The translations under genes and the position numbers were made by a program. The notes below the pieces were generated by a model that ran no database searches, was not told where the DNA came from, and worked only from the letters and a program-made list of their open reading frames with translations. A stretch of 64,000 nt of DNA. It comes from Nitrososphaeria archaeon. GTDB lineage: Archaea > Thermoproteota > Nitrososphaeria > JACIWG01. The stretch lies in the NCBI GenBank assembly GCA_963752255.1, contig CAVVXT010000019.1, positions 1 through 64,000 of the forward strand. The letters are read 5' to 3'. Shown piece by piece: positions 42,032 to 52,503 of the stretch (positions within the stretch are counted from its first letter, which is position 1; every line of letters begins with the position of its first letter).

Positions 42032-42593
42032 GTTTCAAATCCTTATAGGTATTCTACAAACTTTTATATATAATTGATTTGGTTCATCCCTTTGTTTATT
42101 TCAAATCCTTATAGGTATTCTACGAACATAACATTGATTTCATCTGGGATGTGCAGAATGCTGCGTTTCAAATCCTTATAGGTATTCTACGAACATAACA
42201 TTGATTTCATCTGGGATGTGCAGAATGCTGCGTTTCAAATCCTTATAGGTATTCTACAAACACGCAACCGACTATATGGCAGAGCAAGCCTACCAGTTGT
42301 TTCAAATCCTTATAGGTATTCTACAAACGCATACGTTGTGATTCCTGCGATGGGATTTTTCTTGTTTCAAATCCTTTTAGGTATTCTACAAACGAGACAC
42401 CGAACTCTTTTAACGCTACACCTACGATCATGTTTCAAATCCTTTTAGGTATTCTACAAACCTTTACACCATACAATACATTTACTGTAACACCATAGTT
42501 TCAAATCCTTATAGGTATTCTACAAACAGTAACCACTTACGCTACTGTATGGGAAAAGGAAGTGTTTCAAATCCTTCTAGGTATTCTAAAAAC
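42032..42593 (-). CRISPR. CRISPR array 1: 9 repeats (30 bp), 8 spacers (35-38 bp); leader on the right
   Basis: Repeat GTTTGTAGAATACCTATAAGGATTTGAAAC on the minus strand, at 42032, 42098, 42165, 42232, 42299, 42364, 42432, 42498 and 42564. Confidence 0.97.
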
Positions 42594-42745
42594 TGGCGTA
42601 AATTATGTTCATTTCCACATTTTAAACCTTTTTCCAAGCCAATAATCCAAATGTCCAATGTCGACCCATAAAAGCGTGATACATGAGCGTAGACCGACGG
42701 AACGTTTTTATTATCCTAACAGGCCATAAAGAAACTATAATGCGA
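42594..42745 (-). promoter_or_regulatory. CRISPR leader (copy 1), also the cas6 upstream region
   Basis: On the minus strand GAAAAAGG-TTTAAAA (BRE/TATA-like) lies about 30 bp before the first repeat. Identical in reverse complement to 49470..49621. Confidence 0.85.
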
Positions 42746-43465
42746 TTGTGCTTGGCTATGCAAAATGATCGGGGACCTACAGTTCTTCCGATCAGCTATA
42801 ACCATCTTGTCCAAGCAGCAATCTACAGCAGCATATCCCTTGAACTTTCGACCTTTCTACATAACAAAGGATATATTTATGAAAAAAGGTCATTTAAGCT
42901 CTTTACTTTCTCTAGGCTTCTTGGAAAGTACGAGATAATGCAAAATAAGATATGCTTCAAAGATAATATAGATGTCTATGTTTCTTCTCCTATTGACAGA
43001 TTTATTAAAGAAATTGCAAACATTTTACTAAAAAGAGGCCATTTAGTTTTAGGCAAACAAAAGCTTAAGATTACAAACATATCTTTCCCACTAGAGCCGA
43101 AAATAGGTACTAATGTAAGAATCAAAACACTTTCGCCAATAACAGTCTACAGCACTATGCTTTCACCAACAGGAGATAAGAAGACCTACTATTATTCACC
43201 TTTTGAAGCTGAATTTTCTAAGCTCGTCGACGCAAACGCCAAAAAAAAGTTTTATATAACAAAAAAGAGAAACATTAAATCACGTTTAAAAATGCAGCCA
43301 CTAAGAGTCAAAGAATCAATTATAATCTACAAAGAAATAGTTGTAAAAGGCTGGAGTGGATTATTCCAGTTGAGTGGGCCTAAATCTCTTATTAAAATTG
43401 TATATGAAACTGGGCTTGGAAGCAAAAACCCTCAAGGTTTCGGAATGTTTGAGGTGTTAGCATAA
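42740..43465 (+). CDS. cas6: CRISPR endoribonuclease Cas6
   Basis: YNHLVQAAIY, FLHNKGY, FKLFTFSRL, C-terminal GLGSKNPQGFG G-loop. Confidence 0.95.
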   Translation: MRLCLAMQNDRGPTVLPISYNHLVQAAIYSSISLELSTFLHNKGYIYEKRSFKLFTFSRLLGKYEIMQNKICFKDNIDVYVSSPIDRFIKEIANILLKRGHLVLGKQKLKITNISFPLEPKIGTNVRIKTLSPITVYSTMLSPTGDKKTYYYSPFEAEFSKLVDANAKKKFYITKKRNIKSRLKMQPLRVKESIIIYKEIVVKGWSGLFQLSGPKSLIKIVYETGLGSKNPQGFGMFEVLA

Positions 43466-43466
43466 A

Positions 43467-45314
43467 TTGTTGGACTCAGTTGCAAAGATAGGAGAGAGTT
43501 TGCTTGAGGAAGACTCTGAATATTTTCTGAAGAGTCTAGTTATTTATAGGAGAAAAGATGTTGATAGCACTCTACTGCATATAATAATGGATTTGGATAG
43601 AGGCGTTATAGAAAAAGAAGAATTGAAATTGACTATGGAGAGGTACGAGCATTATTTGTGGATAGGTAATACCTTCAGAGCCTCACTTGAACCTATATTG
43701 AGGCTTACCAGCGATAGATTGGAATACTTATTTAGTGAACGCAATGGAGTTGACGGAATAGTTAAGACTATTGAAGGATTCCCAGCTCAGTATCGCTCAG
43801 ACTCTGTCAATAGGCTTTACGAATACTTAAAACAAATCAGAACAATTTTTGGTAATCTGCAGAATCTATCCAAAGAATACGAAGAGGAAATGAAGAAAGA
43901 AGATGTTAAGCCTGCCCTCTATTCTATAGCTGTACGCAAAAATGGAGAAGTGTTCGATTTATCTAAAGAGAAAGGATACAAAGAGTTCTTGGAAATAGTT
44001 TTACTTCAAAAGAATAAACAAGCAAGGAAAGGAACTTGCTATCTATGTGGCTTTGATAAAGTATTGCTTGATCCTTCATTCCGTTTGGGTTCGTTACTCA
44101 AAGTTTACGTTATTGATAAGAAAGGCTTCCTTTCGGGTATTTCGGATAATGAAGAGTCAAAATTACGAACTTTCACTTTATGTTCAAATTGTTTAAAGAA
44201 GCTCTTAACAGGAGATGGTTTTATAGAAACAAACCTTAGAAGTTACATAGGCCGATTTAATCTCTATATAGTACCAAGATCAGCAACAGAGATACGTCTT
44301 TTGAAGAAGTGGGCCGATTACATAAAAGATCGAGTTGGCGCACTTAACTCTTACAATGGCCTTATTGAATTTAACCAAAAATTGAGTGACTATAGCGAGT
44401 TTGTAAATAACGAACCATTGTATTCGTTAACGTTAATCTTTGGTGAAAGGGAGCAAATTTCATCATTTAGACTATACGGCATGATTACAGAGATTCCTAT
44501 CACAAGAATGACTTCATTCACGAGCAGTGTAAGCAAAATAGCCAGAGAAATGAGTCTATTGTTTACTTTGGAGGAAAACGTTTTCAATTGCGGTCTAGCT
44601 GAGATTTATAGAATATTCCCATTAAGAAAAAGTAAAAATGGTCCTGTGAGAGAGTATAAACCGCTTCTCTCACTTTATTCATCATTATTGCAAGATTCTG
44701 AATATTCAAGAAGTGAGTTATTAAAGAGAGCCCTACTGTTTGCAAGGATTAACAAGTTTAAGCTTCATAGTTTGTATGATATAAGACAGGAGAAGAATCT
44801 TGATGTTCAACTTTGCAATGGCATATTAAAGTTTAATATCCTGCTCAAACTATTGGATAAAAGTATGGAAGTGAGTGATGTACAAGCTAATAAAAGTGAA
44901 GACTTGAAATCAGGTAACAAGATTATGAAATACTTCAACTTAATGGGATATAAAGAATGGCAGCAATCCCTATTTTTACTCGGATATCTAGTTGGTGAAA
45001 TTGGTTCACAGCAATACAATAAAGGTGATGAAAAAAAGTCAATCCTGTCAAAAATAGATTTTGATGGAATAAGAAAAGAGAAAGTTGTGATTCTTTCGAA
45101 TCAGATTCTTAAATCACTTCGAGATTATAGAGTTCTGAAATATAATGAAAAAACATATGCTGATATGAAAGAATTATTGGACAGAAATCTAAACAATCTG
45201 TATGACCCCATAATGAATACATTTTACATTCTAAGTGGTTATTCATTTTCCACATTGCAAAGAATAAAAGCCAGTTCTGCTAATATTAACAAGGAGGATA
45301 ATAATGATGAGTGA
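43467..45314 (+). CDS. cas8b: Type I-B large subunit Cas8b (Csh1-like)
   Basis: 615 aa between cas6 and cas7; CYLC...CSNC zinc site; FLLGYLVG and FYILSGY C-terminal motifs. Confidence 0.85.
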   Translation: MLDSVAKIGESLLEEDSEYFLKSLVIYRRKDVDSTLLHIIMDLDRGVIEKEELKLTMERYEHYLWIGNTFRASLEPILRLTSDRLEYLFSERNGVDGIVKTIEGFPAQYRSDSVNRLYEYLKQIRTIFGNLQNLSKEYEEEMKKEDVKPALYSIAVRKNGEVFDLSKEKGYKEFLEIVLLQKNKQARKGTCYLCGFDKVLLDPSFRLGSLLKVYVIDKKGFLSGISDNEESKLRTFTLCSNCLKKLLTGDGFIETNLRSYIGRFNLYIVPRSATEIRLLKKWADYIKDRVGALNSYNGLIEFNQKLSDYSEFVNNEPLYSLTLIFGEREQISSFRLYGMITEIPITRMTSFTSSVSKIAREMSLLFTLEENVFNCGLAEIYRIFPLRKSKNGPVREYKPLLSLYSSLLQDSEYSRSELLKRALLFARINKFKLHSLYDIRQEKNLDVQLCNGILKFNILLKLLDKSMEVSDVQANKSEDLKSGNKIMKYFNLMGYKEWQQSLFLLGYLVGEIGSQQYNKGDEKKSILSKIDFDGIRKEKVVILSNQILKSLRDYRVLKYNEKTYADMKELLDRNLNNLYDPIMNTFYILSGYSFSTLQRIKASSANINKEDNNDE

Positions 45315-46279
45315 TGTGAGCAAGAATAGTGAAATACTTTTACTGTACGAAGCTATTCTATGTAATCCTAACGGTGATCCTGACGAGGAGAATAGACCTC
45401 GCATAGATATAGTAACTAAGAAAAATCTAGTGACAGATGTTAGATTAAAACGCTATTTTAGAGATCATATAATCAACAAATATGGAGAGAAGTATATTTG
45501 GATAACAAAGATTGCTGGTAATAATGTGGATCCTGAAACGAGACTTAATGAATTAATAGGAAAGGAAAAAGATGTCGATGAAGTAAAGTTTGTTACTCAG
45601 AGATGTATAGATGCCCGACTTTTTGGAGCTAGGCATGCCCAAAAAAGCAAGAAAAGGAGTAAAAGGTGAAACTTCACATGTAACAGGACCTGTTCAGTTT
45701 TCATGGGGATATTCGCTTCATCCTGTAGAAACCGTAGAATCTTCTTCAATAACTTCGTTATTTGTGGGTAGAGAAACTGAAGGAAGAGCTTACGGTACAA
45801 TAGGAAAAGACTATAGATTATACTATTCCTTAATCGCTTTTTATGGTTTGGCTAGCGGAAATAGAGGAAAGAAGACTGGCCTTAAGGAAAGAGACCTGGT
45901 TATACTGGACCACTTACTTTGTCCTTCGCTAAAATTAGAAGCAACTACAAGAAGTAAGATAGGAGAAAATCCACTATTATACATGAGAGTTGAATACACA
46001 GAGTCGGATACTTTAATCGGTGATCTGAGACGATTTGTCAAAGTAAGTTACGAAAACGAATCAATTAGATCACTTAAAGATCTGAAAATCGATACAAGTG
46101 ACTTGGCAAGAAGACTGAATGAAAAACAAAGCACAATAAACAAAATATATCTCTGGACTGATGAATCAATTAGAGAAAGCATAATTCCAATTGAAAGTAA
46201 AATGAAAGATCAGATTATTTATGTGCCTTATGCAAAACTTAATCTTCCAGATGACCTCATAATCAAAGAAGAAAAGTAA
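45307..46279 (+). CDS. cas7: Type I-B Cas7 (Csh2); frameshift near 45632
   Basis: NPNGDPDEENRPR, TDVRLKR, DARLFGA, then TGPVQF, YSL, TRSK in the next frame. Confidence 0.9.
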
Positions 46280-46292
46280 CTGGCATTCTATT

Positions 46293-47025
46293 ATGATGTC
46301 TTTCAATTTGGAAGGGAAGATGGGGCATTTTCGGAAGTTCTATACTACTGTAACGTCATTAAGTTATGCTTTCCCTCCACGTAATACTATCTGTGGAACT
46401 ATTGCAGCTATTTTGGGCTTAGAAAGAGATTCCTATTACGATTTGCTGTCAAGAGATAGATGTAAAATAGGGATACAGATTTTAGAACCTGTTAAAAAGG
46501 TACTGTTGACAACTAATTATCTGGATACAGATGAGATAAGCTTTAGACGGCTCAGAGGTATCGGAATGAAACCAACTCGAGTCGAGTATCTGTTTTCTGA
46601 TAACGATAGATACCTTAGATACAAAATATATTTTGTTCATGAAGACAACAAGATAATGGACGAACTAAGTAAAAGGGTGAAAAGTCAAAAAATACATTAT
46701 CCAATATCTTTAGGACCTGCGCATTGCCTTGCTCAAATAGCAGATTTTGAGGAAATAGAGCCTAAAGCCTTAGTATTAGGTGATAAAACTCAACTTGGAA
46801 TACTTACAGTTATTCAGCAAGACCAGATAGTGGAAATAGATCCAAAATTAAATGAAGGAAAAAGAATAATAATCGAAGAAAGAGTTCCACCAGACTTTGG
46901 TGTAGGAAGAAAGCCAATATCATCGGCTAAGAACTATTTATATGAAGCTGCCTTGTAGTTCTATAATAGCTTCAGTAAAGGGTGAAACTTACAGAATAGG
47001 AGATAAGTATGGTGTCTTCTTATGA
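46293..47025 (+). CDS. cas5: Type I-B Cas5; probable frameshift near 46952
   Basis: GHFRKFYT...SYAFPPRNTICGTIAAILG, YPISLG. ORF stops at 46958 but a plausible tail (SVKGETYRIGDKYGVFL) runs to 47025 in another frame. Confidence 0.88.
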
Positions 47026-49424
47026 TTATTTTTCGCACCCCAACTTTCCACTTAAAGAACATCTTAAAGCAGTAGGAAAATTGAGTAGATCTAAGGCTTG
47101 GGAATTAGGAATTAGAAGTGAAAATCTACTTAAGACAATTGAAGTAATTGGTTCATTTCATGATGTTGGAAAATATAGCCTCTATTTTCAAGAATATCTC
47201 TGGAGGTAAGAAATATAATAGGGAATTGACTTCCCATTCACTTTTTTCTGCACTTTTTACTAGTTGGTTTACTGCAGTGTCATTTAATGATTCATCTTTG
47301 ACAGCATTTGCTTTTTATTCTGTATACAAACATCATAGCGATTTAAAGGATAAAGTAGAAGATGTCTTTGATAAAAGCTTTCTAAACAAAATCATCGAAA
47401 ATTATAATTATAAAGAACAGTTTGAATCAATAAGTCGATCTAAAGCAATTGTTTCAACTGAATTAGCTGAATTGCTGAAAGATGGTAACAGTTACGTCAT
47501 CATGGACAGCTTCTTTAAAGAATATGAAGCAGGTTTCCCAATTTTAAAAGATTCAATCGTAAACTTTGTAACAAGAAAGCCTAACTTTCTTAAAGATTAC
47601 TATCAATTGCTATTATTCTTTAGCCTACTTATAGATTCAGACAAAAAAGAAGCGAGCCACTATAAATCGAAGGACAGACTTGAAGTTGATTCCTCTTCAG
47701 TCGACAAGTATCTCAGTACAATGAAAAAAACAGATAGTCTGATTAATAAAATTAGACAAGATATCTATCAATCAGCAAATTCGAAGCTTATTGAATTAGC
47801 TAAGGAAAAAGAACTACCAAAGATCTTGACTATAACTGCACCTACAGGGACTGGCAAGACCTTATTATCATTCTCATTAGCACTTAAGCTTAGAAATTTG
47901 ATAAAAGAGCGTCAAGGTCTAACACCTCGTATAATTTACATTCTACCTTACATTAACATTATAGATCAAACATATGATGTTTTTAATAATGTTCTAGATA
48001 GTGGAGGAAATTTGGAACTACTTCTGAAACACCATCATCTTTTATTTGGTTCCTTAGAACCTAATGAGAACAGATCCTTAGAGGATATCACTCTTCTTGC
48101 AGAATCATGGGATTCAGAAGTGATTGTTACAACCTTTGTACAACTTTTTGAAACCCTATTTGGAACAAAAAACAGAATGTTAAAGAAATTTCATAAATTT
48201 TTTAATTCAATAATCATATTCGACGAAATTCAAACCCTTCCTATTGAATATTGGAAGTTAGTCAAAGAAGCTTTACAAACATTGGTAGAGCAGACAAATT
48301 CTTACATAATATATATGAGTGCTACTAGGCCTATAATTTTTAGTGGGAATGAGCTCATTGATAACTGGCGGAAAAATTTTAGTATGCTGAACAGAGTAAG
48401 GTTTAGATACATATCTAAAAAGTTTAGCGTAGGACAAGCAGTTGAATTTGTCTCCAATGAATGGAACAGAAGCGGTTCTTTATTGGTAGTATTAAATACA
48501 ATTGATTCTTCAATTGAATTTTATAATAGAATTAAGGATCTGCTTAGGAAAGATGGATTAGCTTTTCAAGCTCTCAATAATAAAGACATCAATGAAGATT
48601 ATGATAAAGAAAAGATTATAGTAGGCTATCTATCTACAAACCTTCTTCCTATCCATAGGAAAAAACGAATCGATCAGATCAGAGAGTTATTAAAGAAGGA
48701 TACAAAGTTGATACTTGTTAGTACTCAAGTAGTTGAAGCAGGAGTTGACTTGGACTTCGACATGGCTATAAGAGATATCGGTCCCTTCGATTCGATTGTA
48801 CAAGTTGCTGGAAGATGTAATAGAAATGGGTTAAAAGATAAAGGCAAGTTTTATGTTTTGAACTTAGTCGATGAAAATGGGAAATTATATGCCAATAATA
48901 TATATGAACGATTAGCAGTGAAAGTAAGCAGGCAAATATTCGAAAGTGAAGAAGAGTTCGATGAAAGTACAATATTGAATAAAATTAATGATTATTATTT
49001 GAAGAGCACAGCATTTCTAGGAGAAGAAAGTGACGAATACAGAGAAGCTAAAGAAGCCATAGAACAATTAGACTTTGCTAAACTGAACTCCATCCGTCTT
49101 ATAAAGAATGAACCCAAGTTTAACGCTTTCATAGAATACGATGAAGAGGCATTCAAAATCAAAGAGGAACTTCTCAAGTTAATTGATGAACGGAAAAATC
49201 CAACTGAACAAAAAAATACGACCAAAATGTACGAAATTAATTTGAAGGTTAGGAAAAAGAGAGCAGAACTTGAAAATTACATAATCTCAACATGGAAGAA
49301 CATCGAACATCTTCCCCTAATGCTTGAATTTCCAGATTTAAAATACATTAATACTGACCTTATAAACCAATATTATGATGATGAAGTAGGCTTGAAATTA
49401 AATGAGCCAATGGACATTGAATAA
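47009..49424 (+). CDS. cas3: Cas3 (N-terminal HD nuclease + SF2 helicase); frameshift near 47200
   Basis: SHP..LKEHL, FHDVGK, KHH, APTGTGKT, FDEIQ, MSAT, STQVVEAGVDLD, QVAGRCNR. Confidence 0.93.
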
Positions 49425-49469
49425 GAACAAATTTAAAAAAGAGATCAGATTTGCTTTTGCCAATAATAT

Positions 49470-49621
49470 TCGCATTATAGTTTCTTTATGGCCTGTTAGG
49501 ATAATAAAAACGTTCCGTCGGTCTACGCTCATGTATCACGCTTTTATGGGTCGACATTGGACATTTGGATTATTGGCTTGGAAAAAGGTTTAAAATGTGG
49601 AAATGAACATAATTTACGCCA
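49470..49621 (+). promoter_or_regulatory. CRISPR leader (copy 2)
   Basis: 152-bp exact reverse complement of 42594..42745; TTTAAAA at 49589..49595. Confidence 0.85.
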
Positions 49622-50119
49622 GTTTTTAGAATACCTAGAAGGATTTGAAATTTCGGACTAATCGCTATACTACTCATGATTGTCGGAGTTTGTAGAATAC
49701 CTATAAGGATTTGAAACTTGTTAGTTGTGGCTTCAATCATTTGGTTAGATGGAGTTTGTAGAATACCTATAAGGATTTGAAACGTTGGAACCGTGACTGT
49801 GAACGTTTAGTTTTTCTGCGTTTGTAGAATACCTAGAAGGATTTGAAACTAGTAGTAATCTATGTTAGTTATGTTGTTGTCAATTGGGTTTGTAGAATAC
49901 CTAGAAGGATTTGAAACATCCATCCAAGACGGAAGACGTAGATAAATTCGGCGTTTGTTTGTAGAATACCTAGAAGGATTTGAAACTATCCTACTATCGC
50001 TTCAGCTCATGAAGGAGTCGTTAGTTTGTAGAATACCTATAAGGATTTGAAACGCATATATGGATAGAGGTGGAAATCTAATCTTTGGTCGTTTGTAGAA
50101 AACTATAAGGATTTGAACC
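49622..50119 (+). CRISPR. CRISPR array 2: 8 repeats, 7 spacers (36-39 bp); last repeat degenerate
   Basis: Repeat GTTTGTAGAATACCTA(T/G)AAGGATTTGAAAC at 49622, 49688, 49754, 49820, 49888, 49957, 50024 and 50091. Confidence 0.97.
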
Positions 50120-50415
50120 ATCTAAACCGTACTTTTTGGACTTAACCTGTTTTGGCTAGATCTCGTCGGGCACGCAATTGCTTATGCATAATTTACTGGT
50201 AAATTAGGGTTCAAATCCCACTTCACGCAACCGATTTATTTTTGATTTATTCATGCCAAATAAGTAAAACTGGGAGTTAGCCTAATAGCCCATCTGGGTT
50301 TTGGAGTAACACGTGTTTGATCTAAGTAATGAAGGAGTTTATACGCTGATCGTTTTGTTTCTTAACATAATTCTGTTGTGACCTTTACCTTAATTGAGCA
50401 AAGATGTCGCTGTCC

Positions 50416-51276
50416 CTAACATGCCTCCACGTTTGTTTCACGCCAGTCCTTTCCTAGCTTGAAAGTGAATCTGCTGCTGCAGCTTCTGTCCAATTGCTCG
50501 CTAACTTCATGGGAATATTCTAAAGTTGAAAGCAGTAGTATCACCTGTCTGTGTCTGCTGACTGCCAAAATCATGTCTACAAAACTATCCCTTAATCCAT
50601 CTCCCATTCCGGCTAGAGGCGCATCCATCACAATAGGCACATTAAACGCTGACGCCTGATGTGCGGCCAGCTTAAATGATAGCGTGAGCAGTCGGCGTTC
50701 TCCAGAAGACAAAATTTGGCAATTGTTGTATCTCATGTTATTCGGTTTAGAGGTGGAGTAGTCTTCGTCAGCATTGATGTCGGCGAAGAGTTTTTTGTTC
50801 GAAATCAGGTAAAGCAGTTCTCCCGCTCGAGACATGGTTTCCCGTCTGATCCTGTCCCCTGTGAGCTTCTTTTTCTGCCTCATTACGGTGAGGACGTTCC
50901 CGTAGGATTCTATCTGCTCTGTGCTGGTTGAGTTAAAGTAGCCGGCGTGTCTGTAGACCCTGAACAGGACCTTCCTCGAGAAAAGGAAATATCTGTCCCC
51001 CTCTGTAGCCAATAGTTCTACTACGACCTGCCTGGTCTCCCATGTTGTCTGAGGCTCCAGCGGCGTTGTCGTTCAGGAGAGGTGATTGCTGCTGATCTGA
51101 ATGTTGAGACTCGTCGCCGTAGAGGCACCATCTGATTGCGTTGAGCAGGTTCGTCTTCCCAACGCCTCCTCCTCCGACGAAGATGTGGAGGTCGTTTCTG
51201 CCAGGCTTCCTGCCGAGAGGGATTTCCGTGTCCCTGTACTGCATAAAGTTTTTGAGTGTAATCCTCTCAAACCTTA
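50416..51276 (-). pseudogene. Short Rad50/SbcC/DndD-like ABC ATPase, split by a frameshift near 51010
   Basis: LKNFMQY...GGGGVGKTNLLNAIRWCLYG (Walker A); LSSGE signature, PIVMDAP Walker B/D-loop, QVILL; almost no coiled coil. Confidence 0.7.
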
Positions 51277-51620
51277 ATGCTGCTCACCGTGTTCTTTCGT
51301 CAACATCTATGTACCCACTGTATACACCTTTTACTGATAGGTCTTTTTATAAATCTAAGATAGTAATTAAAACAGGTGTCTTAGATGTATAAGCTACTAC
51401 CATGGTAGGGAGGCTCTTTCACAAATCAAAAAATGTCAAATTGCATACTATTATGTGGTAACGAAGGCGACCTAAATCATCACTAGCTTCTTAGGCTCCC
51501 TTTTTTAGGCTAGTCCTCTATTATCCCACGTGTTCCTATCTTTTATCGCCCGAATACGATTATATTTCTGGCTTAATGAGCATTGATTCCAGCTGTTCTG
51601 TTCAAACTTCGGAGCTTGGT

Positions 51621-52301
51621 TCAGATGTAACCGAGTCTCTCCGCGATGTCCACGAAGTCAGCACGCATCTTCTCTTTTGTTTCATTGTTAAATCCACTTG
51701 AGCAGTATTTCTTTATTAATTCTGCTGTCCACTCATCCTTTAACTTTTTTCCTCTCTTTTTGCCTTGTAATTCTTGGATGAAACACATATAGGTTGGGAG
51801 TTGAAAATGCTTTGCGTTTGGATACTGTCGAGCAAGGGATTCTGTAGCCCTCAGCTTTCTCTTGAACTCTATCTTACTTTCGACCTCGGGTGTTTGAGCC
51901 ATTTCAAATTGTAGTGTCTGCTCTTTACCTTTCAGTTGGGACAGCAACTCGTCCCAGCATACCCTATACTCTTGGAAGAACGTATCTTTATACGCAATGT
52001 AAATTGCTTGGTCTAAAGCAGAGAAGACTTGCAGAGACCCCCTCACCCATTCTCTAGACACTTCTTCTTCAGCTTCGTCCAAAACAACATGGAAAAGGCA
52101 ATACTTCACGCCTTCTTTTTCGTAAGCAGACTCCGCCCAATTCATCACCGTCTTAAAATCGCTGATGCTGGATCTCCAAGAGTCATGAACGTAGCCTTCC
52201 TCAAAACCATCAATTTTGGAATCTATCGCTTTCATCTCATCATCTGAAAGCCTGATCCCAATTGAATGTGCAAGTTTCCTATGAGTGGGCCATCTTGGCA
52301 T
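51621..52301 (-). CDS. Putative metal-binding hydrolase-like protein
   Basis: MPxWxTH...ID...HD...HxxLD pattern. Confidence 0.55.
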   Translation of the reverse strand: MPRWPTHRKLAHSIGIRLSDDEMKAIDSKIDGFEEGYVHDSWRSSISDFKTVMNWAESAYEKEGVKYCLFHVVLDEAEEEVSREWVRGSLQVFSALDQAIYIAYKDTFFQEYRVCWDELLSQLKGKEQTLQFEMAQTPEVESKIEFKRKLRATESLARQYPNAKHFQLPTYMCFIQELQGKKRGKKLKDEWTAELIKKYCSSGFNNETKEKMRADFVDIAERLGYI

Positions 52302-52503
52302 CTGATTTTCCCCTAGAATCTTGCCCTTTTGGAACTTATTAACACTTAACCAATCGAGATGGAAAAATCTGACAAAATAGAATTAAAAGGGTTCCCAAGT
52401 TGGCTCAAAATGAAATAAAAGAAAGTGAAGATGAGATAACACCTATGAAAAATTATTGGATATATACTTAAATATAGGTGAAGAATAAATTAAACCGAAT
52501 GTA

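Noticed and set aside
45304-49424. Programmed frameshifting or split cas7/cas3 genes
   Set aside because: No consistent slippery sites; the same single-base indels occur in unrelated housekeeping genes
42032-50119. CRISPR-associated transposon or self-targeting spacers
   Set aside because: No Tns/TniQ genes, and cas3 is present. No spacer match to the window was noticed by eye, but this check was not exhaustive
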